Below are positions 12,759-24,439 of a stretch of 64,000 bases of DNA, piece after piece. The DNA comes from Utricularia gibba (lineage: Eukaryota > Plantae > Magnoliophyta). Position 1 is the stretch's first letter; every line of letters begins with the position of its first letter. Where the stretch lies: contig CM007991.1 in NCBI GenBank assembly GCA_002189035.1, positions 4,960,001-5,024,000 on the forward strand, given 5' to 3'. A program made the position numbers and the translations under genes. The notes beneath the pieces were generated by a model. The model had not been told where the DNA came from, did no database searches, and saw only the letters and a list, made by a program, of their open reading frames with translations.

Positions 12759-13727
12759 TTGTCCTCACGTCCCTTCCCAATGGCCACTTCCAGCAATATT
12801 AATGTGGGCAACTTCATTGCAATCAAGCTCACAAGTACGAATTATGAATTTTGGAGAGAGATGGTCATTGGTTTGACTGACAACCAAGGTCTCTACGAGC
12901 ACTTAACAGGAGAGGCACAACCACCACCACAGTTCAACCCACTTCTAGAAGGCAAGGATCTATCTACTCCTCTAAAACAATCTAAAGCCTTTAAAAAATG
13001 GCATACATTCGATCGACTTCTTCGCACCTGGATTGTTGGTACACTCTCTGACGAAACATGTCCACTGATTAATTAACTCTTAATTAATGGATTTTTCAGT
13101 TTGAAGCATATATTGCTCGCCAATTCAACTCTTCAATTAAAATTCTTCAAACTGATAATGGTGGAGAGTTTGTTAATAACTCTTTAAAAACTCACTCTCT
13201 CAAGATAGGTATGATGCATTATTTTTCTTGTCCACATACTCATGAATAGATGGGAATGGTCGAGCGATGCCATCGAACTATTTGTGAACATGGAATGACC
13301 ATGTTGTTTCATAGTGAGCTACCCCTTTCCTTATGGGTTAAAGACTTTGCTACTGTCGTCTTTCTACAAAATCGCTTACCATCACCATCTACAAACAGGG
13401 AGTCTCCTTATTATGTTATTTTTGGTTCACAATCTCGTTACTCCACCCTTAGAGTATTTGGTTCAAAGTGTTTTCCATATTTGTGGGATACAAAACGTAT
13501 AAAGTTTTCATCAAAAACTACTTTATGTGTTTTTTTTGGGTTATAGCGATAGTCATAAAGGTTACTTGTCCTATGATCCTTCTAAAAAAAGGCTTCATGT
13601 TTCTCGTCATGTCATTTTTTATGAAACTTGCTTTCCCTTTAAATCCAAGCCTAATCTTTCATTCCCAAACTTTGTCCTAGTTACCAAGTTATTCAACATT
13701 TGGATTCCTTATAGGTTGGATGATGAG
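12759..13727 (+). pseudogene. copia gag N-terminus fused by a large deletion to an integrase remnant
   Basis: IKLTSTNYEFWREMV...WHTFDRLLRTWIVGTLS (copia gag), then TDNGGEF, GMVERCHRTI, LRVFGSKCFPYL, FLGYSDSHKGY...SRHVIF (integrase). Zinc knuckle, protease and GAG-pre-integrase are absent. Frameshifts present. Confidence 0.88.
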
Positions 13728-13911
13728 ATTAGTGATAACACCATTTTTATTGTGTTTTTATATATGTTTTTAAGTGTGTTTTGTAGGGTTAAATGTTGCT
13801 TAGGGTGCTAAAATGTCTTCTTTTGCATATTTAGACTGTTGAAATATGTTTATTGTGAAAACAGGCTCAATTGGCAACAATTGAGCCGAAAACTCTAATA
13901 TTTCGTCTAGT

Positions 13912-15298
13912 TGATAAACGGAAATTTTCCTAATATCGTTGCAATAAAAATAGAAAATCCGTATCAAATAAATTTATAATCCCTAATCTACACAAAATAC
14001 AAATTTGGAAAACTTGTATAGTGGATGTCGGGGTTGATCACGAAGAGCTTGTGCTTGCTAAGTGTTTTAGTAAATGCATAATTCGAGATAACATGAAGTC
14101 TTAGTCTAAGCTCGGACCAATAGTGGTAAACAAGTTCGGTAAACAAGATAAGTAAACAATATTAGGTCTTAACGCTAAGGTAACAGGTACTGGTTCTAAC
14201 TCAGAATAATACTAAGGTGCCTTAAGGGTCTGCAGGTGGTGTAGTGTCAAAATCCCTAATTTAATCTACCATGTTCCCACACTCACAACTTCAAATAATC
14301 TAAGTCTACCCACACCATGTTTTCGGCTAAGCTAGTCCTCCATATCATCACCAACATTGCAATTAGGTCTACCCGCATGCAAAGCATATAGAACTAGGTC
14401 TACTCGGTTCTACTGGTTCCACCCCGGACTAACACCTATTGCTCACGTCTTGATTTATTGGTCTACCTCTAAATCAAGCATCTAAGTTATGAAGCTACTT
14501 GTTTCCCTCCTTAGGTCTACCCATGGTTTGATAAAAACAAGAACTAAGGAAGAATGGTAAATTTTATTAAAATTCCTAGACCCCCACAACCATGCTTCAC
14601 CTCAAGTCACTCCTAGGGTTTAGCTACTCATGCTTTGAAGGTAAAATATGATAACATTAACATAAAGCAACGAAAATGTCAAGAACATTGTGAAAGAGTT
14701 GGTTGTAGAAACTGAAAACATCAACAAACGAAAATAAAGCAATAAAAGTTCTGATTTCCGTCTGCTATTGTTCCCTAGCCGGAACAGTAGCGCTGGACTG
14801 GGCTCTTATGCTGTTCTTGAGGATGAAGATCTTCCTCTCCTCTCCTGGTTCAATACTCGTCGTGTTGGGGGAGAAGCCCCCTCCTTGGGTCTCTCTCCTA
14901 TCTTCTTCTCTTCTCTCCAAAAATATCTTCACATCTTTTTTCCATTTTTCAAAATCAGTCCACTATTTCTAACATTCGTAGTGTTCCTGGCCTGAACCTG
15001 CAGACTGTAGGCGGCTGAATATTAATCATGTCTCCTCCTTGTGTCTTGTGCCCCTTCTTCCAAATCTCCACATGCACGAAATTCATGTATCCTCCCTAAT
15101 TTTAGAACTTTGCTGCTGGATTAGAAAAATGTTAATAACATGCGATGGGCTAAATCAAACGAAAGCCCATTAACACATAAAATCGCATTATGTCCTAAAA
15201 TTTGGTGAAAATACTAAAAACTATAAGATAAACACTTAAAACATGATTCAAAAGTATAATTTTCTTACTCTAATAATAGGAAAATTCGTTTGTTATCA
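13912..15298 (-). mobile_element. Athila-type solo LTR, 'family E' (1387 bp), inside the 5' LTR of family C
   Basis: TGATAA...TTATCA termini with perfect TSD CTAGT (13907-13911, 15299-15303). The uninterrupted site tctagtctatg is present in the family C 3' LTR at ~22791. Confidence 0.93.
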
Positions 15299-16044
15299 CT
15301 AGTCTATGTTTTAAGTCTTATCAGGGTAAAAGCTAGTACTGTAGCAACGCACTTTCCGTGTTGACAAGTCAAAGGAGAGAGAACGTTGTTTCTTCGGCGA
15401 AAGTCTCCGGCGACCACCAGATCTGCGTGTCTACACCACCTTTTCGGCTAGAACTTCGATTTCCAGCAGATCTCCAGCCCACAGAAGCATCCTGCAACTT
15501 TTATTTGCGCACTTTCTGCTCTTTCATTTCTGCAAGAACCTGTTATTGTTACTATTTTCATTTCTAAGCTTTCTGCTGCTTTTCTGAACCTTGCTATGAA
15601 CGGGAAACTCGTTGTAGAACTTGCTTTAGTTTATAAACATGTCTCTGTTTAAGCTTTTCACATTTGCTTTTAAGCTTGATATGCCATTTACTGTTCCTGC
15701 GCACGCATACTCTGTTTTCGCACACTCTTACTCTATTTTTAAGCGTTCTTAAGCTGGGTTTAAGCCTATGGGCTCTCTTGAGTGACACAAGAGCCAGACC
15801 CTGGTGTAAAACCCATCCAAATTACTTTTATTTTATGTTTTCTGCATCTTTATGTTAATTTCAGTCCCTTTTCACCTTTGCAACCCGTTCCTTTCAGTCA
15901 CTGTTATTTTATATCTTACCCGCATTAGAACTAAATCCCAAAAAACCCCCATGTTTCAAGTAATTGTGTTGAACTTCAGAAAATTGCAACCATTTCCTGT
16001 GGATTCGACCCTTGCTTGCCACGCTACATTAATTCTTGTGATTT

Positions 16045-19000
16045 GTGAAGAAGGCGTTTTTAAATCAATTTTTTCCTACCTCTAGAGCAGATGAAATTCG
16101 AAGCAAAATTGAGAATATTTTTCAGGATTATGATGAGCCTCTACATGAGTATTGGGACAGGTTCACATCTCTTCTTTCGAGCTATCCACACCATGTATTC
16201 AATAGATTAAAGCAAGTGAAATGTTTTTTGAAGGGCTTGACTGCTACCCAAAGAGATAAATTGGATTCTGTTGCACATGGTAATATGAGGACTCTTACCC
16301 CATCTAAAGGCTGGGAGAAAATTAAAGAAATGGTTGGACATTCAAGGCATTCTCAGTTTCGGTCTTGAGCTCAGCGACAAGTGCATGAAATGAGGATATT
16401 GAGAGAGGATGAAGCAGCAAGAAATGACAAGGATATTGCTGAATTGAAGGATATGGTGAAAGGTTTATTTCTTGTTCATGCAAAATCCATGCCTTGTGAA
16501 GTCTATGGAAGTCTGGGACATACGCCTGATCATTGCTCCATGAAAGGAAATCTAGAAGAACCACTTGAAGGAGTGAATGCAATGGGGTACATGAATAATA
16601 GAGCAGATTATTTCAAGCCCAAAAATGACCAGCGATTTGAGCCTATGAGGAATCATCCCAATTTTAGCTGGAGAAGCACCAACGTGGAGAATCCACAACA
16701 TCTGGGATTCACTCAACCGCAGCAGCAACCAGCTCCATCAATTTCATTTCAACAAGGACAGAGTGTTCAGCAGGGGAATAGGTATCAAAGCAGGCCTTAT
16801 CAATCCCCACATCAAAGAGTCGACCAGCCAAGCACTTCAGGTGTTAAACCACCTCCTTCCACTGAAGAAATGATGAAGATGATGCTGGAAAACATGGCCA
16901 GACGTGATGCTGAACAAGCAAAAAGGGATGTTGAACAGGCCAAAAGGGATGTTGAATCTGAGAAGAAGATGAAGAGTCTTGAGAGGAAAATTGGCCAACT
17001 TGCTACATAGCTCGCTGAACTGAAAGGAAACTCAGGGAAATTACCATCTCAGCCAAATGCCAATCCGAAAGTAAATATTTCTGCTATTGAACTTCGTGGG
17101 GGGAAGCAACTACCTGACCGGAAGGCCCCTGCAAGTCAAAGCAAAGTGGCTGAAGGTCCTGAAGTTAATTCGGAGGATAGGACACAAGGAAAAACAGCAG
17201 GGGAACCTACTGTTGAGATCAAGAGGACACCTCCTTTTCCTGGAAGATTACAAGCTCGAGCAAGGCAAGAAGAGAAAGACTCCATAATCTCAGCCTTAGA
17301 CTCTGCGATGATCACCATGAAGGCTGTAGATTATTTAAGGCAAGTGCCGAAAGGGATGAAAGTATTGAAAGACCTGTGTAGTTCGAAGAGAAAGAGCAAC
17401 GATGAAGAAGTGATCAAAGTCAGTGCTCAAGTCTCAGCCTACCTGACACAGCAAATGCCGGAAAAATGTCCAGACCCTGGAACATATTTTATTCCTATTC
17501 AGGTAGGAACTAAATTTATCAGCAGGGCAATGGGAGATCAAGGCGCTTCAATCAACATGATGCCTTATGAAGATTATTTGGCACTGGATTTGGAACCCCT
17601 CAGGCCAACCAACTTGAAATTACAACTTACAACCAGATCCGTGGCCATTCCGGAGGGTATTGCTGAAGATGTTCTTGTTAGAGTTTCTAACACCTGTTAT
17701 CCTTGCGATTGTGTTGTTGTTAAAATGCCTCCAGCTAGGGTGAATGATAATACTTTAGTTCTGGGATGCCCTTTCTTAGCTACTGCAAATGCTCAAATTC
17801 ATTGTAGGAAAGGAGCCATCACTATTGGCTATGCTGATGATATCTCCATCTTTAAGACCAATGAAGCTGAAAAATTCCCTGATGATTTTGCACCTGTGAT
17901 TGGAGTTGATGTCGTTGATGAGCTGGTGGAGGAAGTTTTTGATGAAGAGCAACATGATATTCTCGAAATCTTTAAACAAGAAGTCGAGCTTGATGAGGAC
18001 GAAGCTGAGCATGTAATTCTAGAATGTTTCATTGAAGATAAAGACTTGGTGAACCTTGGAGAGGTGACTAGTGTTGCATCACCAAAATTGAAACCCTCGC
18101 CTTCACAACTCAAGTATGCATTTATTGGTGACAATTGAAAGCCAGTGATTATTAGTGCTGATCTTTCTTGTGAAGAAGAGACGAAGTTGATGGACGTTCT
18201 CAAGGCTAACAGCAAGGCTATTGGCTGGACAATGGATGATATAACTGGAATTAGCTCTTCTGTCACAATGCATAGGATTTATCTTGAAGAGGGAGCAAAA
18301 CCGGTTAGACAACCTCAGAGAAGGCTTAATGCGACCCTCATGGAGGTTGTGAAGAAGGAAATCCAGAAGCTATTGAAAGCTGGAGTGATTTACTCGATTT
18401 CTGATAGTACGTGGGTAAGTCCTATCCACGTAGTCCCTAAAAAGACAGGAATTACAGTTGTTGAAGATGTTGATGGAAAGAAGATGGCGACGCGAGTTCA
18501 GAATGGCTGGAGGGTATGTATTGACTATAGAAAGCTGAATGAAGTCACAAGGAAGGATCACTACCCTTTACCCTTCATGGACCAAATGTTGGACAGGTTA
18601 AGTGGTAAGAGTTTTTATTGCTTTCTTGATGGGTACTCAGGGTATAACCAGGTTGCTATGGCACCGGATGATCAAGAAAAGATGACTTTTACCTGTCCCT
18701 TTGGCACTTATGCGTACAAGAAGATGCCATTTGGTCTCTGCAACGCCCCAGCGACTTTTCAAAGGTGTGTCACCAGCATTTTTTCAGATTATATTGATGA
18801 TTTCATTGAAGTATTCATGGACGACTTTACTGTGCATGGAACTAGTTTTGATGATTGTTTGAATCATTTAGAACTTGTTTTGAAACGTTGTGTTGAGAAA
18901 GATTTAGTTTTGAATTCTCAAAAATGCCATTTCATGGTACGCCAAGGAATTGTACTTGGGCATGTTGTTTCTGCATCTTATGGTAGATCCTACTAAGGTA

Positions 19001-20990
19001 AGTACTATTTCTGGTTTACCATATCCACGTGATGAAAGAGGAGTTCGTGCATTTTTAGGCCATGTCGGATTTTACAGGAGGTTTGTTAAAGGTTTTTCTC
19101 AAATTGCTCGACCACTAACCAATCGAGCAGAAGGATGCTGAGTTTAGTTTTTCAGATGAATGTAAGCATGCTTTTGAAACTCTCAAGGCAACCGTGACAT
19201 CAGCTCCTATCATACAAGCGCCCAATTGGAGTGAAGCATTCCATGTGATGACTGATGCATCCAACTATGCAGTAGGAGCTGTGTTGGGCCAGAAACTTGA
19301 TGGAAAAGACACTGTCATCAGCTATGCCTCCAAAACCTTGGATAATGCTCAAGAAAATTACACTACAACCGAGAAGGAGATGCTAGTTGTTGTATTTGCC
19401 TTGGAAAAGTTCAGAAGCTATTTGTTGGGTAACAAAGTGATTGTGCATACAGACCATGCCGCCATCAAACACCTCATGTCCAAGAAGGAGACCAAGTCGA
19501 GGCTTAGAAGGTGGGTCTTATTGCTGCAAGAGTTCAATGTGGAAATCAGGGATAAGCCTAGGAAGCTCAATGAAGTTGCAGATCATCTTAGCAGAATCGA
19601 GTAACCCGTGGATGGTGTTCCAATTGTTGAAGAATTTCCAGATGAACAACTCTGTGCAATTAAGGTTGATGCAGGTAAGACTAATGAACCATGGTATGCT
19701 GACATAGCCAATTATCTGTGCACTGGAGAGATGGCTTTGAACTTAAAGAGTTATGAGAAGCTGAAGTTGAAGAGTGAGAGTAAGCACTATTTCTGGGATG
19801 ACCCCTATCTGTGGAAAAATTGTGCTGATGGTGTTGTGCGACGCTACTTAACTGAAGATGATATTCAACAAGTGTTGGCATTCTATCATGTATCTCCTTG
19901 TGGAGAGCACCATGGTCCTAACCGTACTGCCAAGAAGGTGTTGGATTGTGGTTATTATTGGCCAACGGTTTTCAAAGATGCCAAGTCTTACTATAAGAGC
20001 TGCGAGAACTGCCAGAGAACAGGGAATATTTCCAACCGACACGAAATGCCAATGCAGTCAATTGTTGTTCCAGAAGTGTTCGACGTGTGGGGTATCGACT
20101 TCATGGGCCCCTTTCCAAACTCTGATGGCTACGAGTATATTCTGGTGGCAGTGGACTATGTTTCAAAGTGGATAAAGGCAATTCCCACCAAGTCACAAGA
20201 TACTCATTCAGTCATACGTTTCCTGAAGAATAACATCTTCATGAGGTTTGGAACACCTAAAGCCTTGATCAGTGATCGTGGAAGCCATTTCTTTAACAAG
20301 GCTATGGAGAGACTGTTGAAAAGCTATGGAGTCTGGTACAAGCCATCTAACTCTTACCATCCTCAGACCAATGGGTAGGCAGAAGTTTCCAATCGGGAGA
20401 TCAAGCAAATTCTGGAGAAGACTGTGACTTCTTCTCGCAAGGATTGGAACTCCAAGCTGAATGACACCTTGTGGGCAATTCGCACAGCCTTCAAAACCCC
20501 CATCAGTATGTCTCCTTTTCGTCTTGTATATGGTAAACATTGCCATTTGCCCATTGAATTAGAGCAGAAGGCACAATGGGCGATCCAGCGAGTGAACTTG
20601 GAGATTCAAGGCAGTGGTGATTTGAGAAAGCTCCAACTTTCAGAGCTTGATGAGCTAAGACATGAGGCCTACATGAATTCAAAAATCTTCAAGGAACGCA
20701 CGAAGCAGTTCCATGACCACCAGATCTTGAGAAAACACTTTGAACCTGGGCAAAATGTATTATTATTTCAATCTAAACTCAAACTTCACCTACGTAAACT
20801 GAAATCTCGTTGGAAAGGACGTTTTGTGATTAAACATGTGAATCCCAACGGTTCCATTGAGTTGTTTGATAGAGACATGCATAGCTCATTCACTGTGAAT
20901 GGGCACAGATTGAAAGTGTTCCATGAGCTTATGATAGATGAAGTGGGACACCCTGTGGATGCTGTGGCATTCACTGAACTTCCCCTCTAG
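16045..20990 (+). pseudogene. gag-pol of the family C Athila element (partial gag, protease, RT, RNase H, integrase)
   Basis: Motifs include [99 protein letters not shown]. In-frame stops at 16368, 17010, 18138, 19604 and 20378. Frameshifts near 18970 and 19135. Confidence 0.93.
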
Positions 20991-23900
20991 GTGATTCTGC
21001 ACTTAAGTTTTACCCTAAAACTTATTCTAGGGTCCTCGCTGGGAGGTAACCAGTATTTTCTACTTTTATTTCCTTTGTGCATTTTTATTTTCTTTTTGCA
21101 CTTTTAGTTATGCATTCTGCTTTTGTGAGGTTGCAATCAGTTATCTTGTTGAATTTCTTTGTCCCACTGTTAGTTTCTGATGCAATGGCCCATATCCTAT
21201 GTAGTTGCAACTCTTTCTTTATTTTTAGTTACATAGGCCCAGTGGGTTCAATTTAAAAAGAGTGGGAAACCCTTCTTCCCAACAACTACTTTCTCTCTTG
21301 CGCGCATTCCTTCCTTTCTCAGAACGTTGCGACCCTTCCATGGAAAACTTTCTGCTACTCCTCCTCCATCGGAGTGCTTTACCCCTAGACCCCCACTCAC
21401 ACCAAACCTCATTTATGCGGATTTCCTTGAGGACCAAGAAATTTCAGAACCCCGGTGAGGGGTAGTCCCAAGAGTGCAGCCCCTACTGCTGCTTGAAGGA
21501 AATTCGTGAGTTGAGAAGAACTATAGGAACCCTGAAGATGTATTTGGAGACCCTGCTTGACTTACAGACATGTGTAAGTCCTACTGTTCCTCCTAAGCCT
21601 TGACTGACCTTTACCCTCTTTGTTTTGTAAATTTTGTTCTGTGTTTTATAAGTCTTTGCATGTGTTTTGTAGTTGTTTGTCTGTCTTTTGTTGCCTCGAG
21701 TACTGCTGAGCATGTTTAGGAATTTTGGTTCATTCTAGACATGTATGATACCTACCTCTTCGCTTCTGTGAGGATTCAGCCTTTTTAGTTCTTACCTGCG
21801 TAAGACTTATATGAGGGTAGCCAGATTTTGTAGAAAAGTGCATGCATGCGACCTGTGTTTTGCTCTATCTGCAATAGGACTTTCTTGTGAATAGCTTGTA
21901 TGTGGCCTACTAGTATGTGGATGTTTGAGGAGTGCTGAGTTAGACACATAGATCATGGCTGATGCACATAAAAAATTTTCAATGATAAAAGGCAAGCTCA
22001 AATCTAAAAAAAAAGCCGGGCTATATGTAAAAAAAAAAAAAGAGGCAGAGAGGTACAAAAGGCAAGCACACCGGAAAAGCCGTGCTGTAAAAAAATATAT
22101 CTTATACAAAATAAGAGTTTGAGGCTTAGACACTATGAACTCATCATTTTCCGTGAACATATTCAATGGTCTGGCAAACCACTCTAGGAGGAATAAGGAT
22201 GAACACGGGAGGGGAATGTGACTAAGTCGTAGTGGAAGAGTTCTCAAGTCTCTATGTTCTTGTTTAGTACCTCCATGTGCATCATTTTCATTTTCAGCCA
22301 TCATTCCTGTTACAAGTCGTATGTGTCTTGCAAGGTAAAACCCATACATGTCACTGTTAGTCTGCCACTGCCTGTTAGGATCAAGTTCGTGCCCGTGCAG
22401 ATGTGATTTTTGAACACTTGAAGCATGCGAGTAACTTCTACTATTTGTGCTTGAGTGACACTATTCTTACCCGCACTTGCTACCTCTTCTCTTCACTCCT
22501 TGCATGGATAGCATGAATCGAAACCTTTTCTTTCCCTTAGCAGACTCTATCTTTGATTTTCTGTTTTATTTTCTGTTTTAGACTTGAGGACAAGTCTAGA
22601 GTCGTTGTAGGATAGTGTGATAACACCGTTTTTATTGTGTTTTTATATATGTTTTTAAGTGTGTTTTGTAGGGTTAAATGTTGCTTAGGGTGCTAAAATG
22701 TCTTCTTTTGCATATTTAGACTGTTGAAATATGTTTATTGTGAAAACAGGCTCAATTGGCAACAATTGAGCCGAAAACTCTAATATTTCGTCTAGTCTAT
22801 GTTTTAAGTCTTACCAGGGAAAGAGCTAGTACTATAGCAGCGCACTTTCCGCGTTGACAAGTCAAAGGAGACAGAAAAGCTGTACAAAAGTCACTTTCCG
22901 CCAAAAGTAGCTGCCCTTCTAAAAAGATAAGATTTGGAGCAGAGATCTCCCTTCTAGAAGACTGAGGAAAGGACAATGCTACCCTTAATTTTGGTCTGCA
23001 AAAGGGAAAGGGAAGGGAGAGAAGAAAGAGAGTACACTGTGCACGCAGAGGCACAGACAGCGAACAGGAGCAAGCGGGAGCGAGGAGAACGTTGTTTCTC
23101 TGGCGAAAGTCTCCAGCAACCTCCAGATCTCCATGTCTACACTACCTTTTCGGATAGAACTTCGATTTCCAGTAGATCTCCAGCCCATAGAAGCATCCTG
23201 CAACTTTTATTTGCGCATTTTCTGCTCTTCCATTTCTGCGAGAACCTGTTATTGTTACTATTTTCATTTCTAAGCTTTCTGCTGCTTTTCGGAACCTTGA
23301 TGTGAACGGGAAACTCGTTGTAGAACTTGCTTTAGTTTATAAACATGTCTATGTTTAAGCTTTTCACATTTGCTTTTAAGCTTGATATGCCATTTACTGT
23401 TCCTGCGCACGCATACTCTGTTTTCGCACACTCTTTCTCTGTTTTTAAGCATTCTTAAGCTGGGTTTAAGCCTATGGGCTCTCTTGAGTGACACAAGAGC
23501 CAGACCCTGGTGTAAAACCCATCCAAATTACTTTTATTTTATGTTTTCTGCATCTTTATGTTAATTTCAATCACTTTTCACCCTTGCAACCCGTTCCTTT
23601 CAGTCACTGTTATTTTAGATCTTACCCGCATTAGAACTAAATCCCAGAAAACCCCCCTGTTTCAAGTAATTGTGTTGAACTTCAGAAAATTGCAACCATT
23701 CCCTGTGGATTCGACCCTTGCTTGCCACGCTACATTAATTCTTGTGATTTGTGTAGTAGAATAGCTCGGTTTATAAATTTCTTTTGATGCGTTGAATGTG
23801 CTAAACCACAACATTTAGCAACCCATTTAAACGTTCATCAATTACGCCTCAAGTTGAGTTCGCACGTGAGTTTCTTGGAGACCCTAGGGACATGCTAACT

Positions 23901-24439
23901 CCACCAGAACTCAATGCCGATACACAAATTCCTGAACCATCGATTACACCCATGGACGTTCACTCTATCACAAGTAGCGATGGTTCAACAAAATCAGTCT
24001 TGGATGATGGTGTCACTATGAAAATTATGGAGCACACCTTGGAGACATCAGTCGATGACCAACCACCAGCAAGCCCTTGTGTTGACACAATTATACGTGA
24101 CTTCTTGACACCTACATCCACAACATATACCACTATTCATGCTGTTTGCGAAGATATCATGGACTTGGCACTCATATCATCAATCCCTGCAGCTTCTAGC
24201 ATTGTAGCCGTAATCCACAACATCATACATCGGATGTGGAGGATGCTCAAGCACTATCAACCGGAGTTGTTTCCCCTTCTCCACTCCTTCCTCTCTCTCA
24301 ACCATTAATGTGGTGTTACCACTCATGGCAGGAGTTGCTTCCTCTCCTCCACTACTTCCTACCTCTAATGATGACACCATGCTCATTCATGTGAAAAACC
24401 CATCTTTAGAACCCTCCGGTCCGATTGATTATGACCCCT

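Larger units (their letters stand above)
13733..23813 (+). mobile_element. Athila-type Ty3/gypsy element, 'family C', decayed, inserted in the copia integrase-RT linker
   Basis: LTRs start TGATAACACC at 13733 and 22618. The 3' LTR ends CCACAACA at 23813. Flanks ATTAG/TTTAG (4 of 5 match, imperfect TSD). Conserved cttgaggacaag motif just before the 3' LTR and gctgggaggtaacc after integrase. Confidence 0.9.

Noticed and set aside
15358-16085. ORFs repeated at 23270-23764 (MSLKRAHRLKP..., MLLSLICHLLF...)
   Set aside because: They are the two LTR copies of family C, not a duplicated gene.
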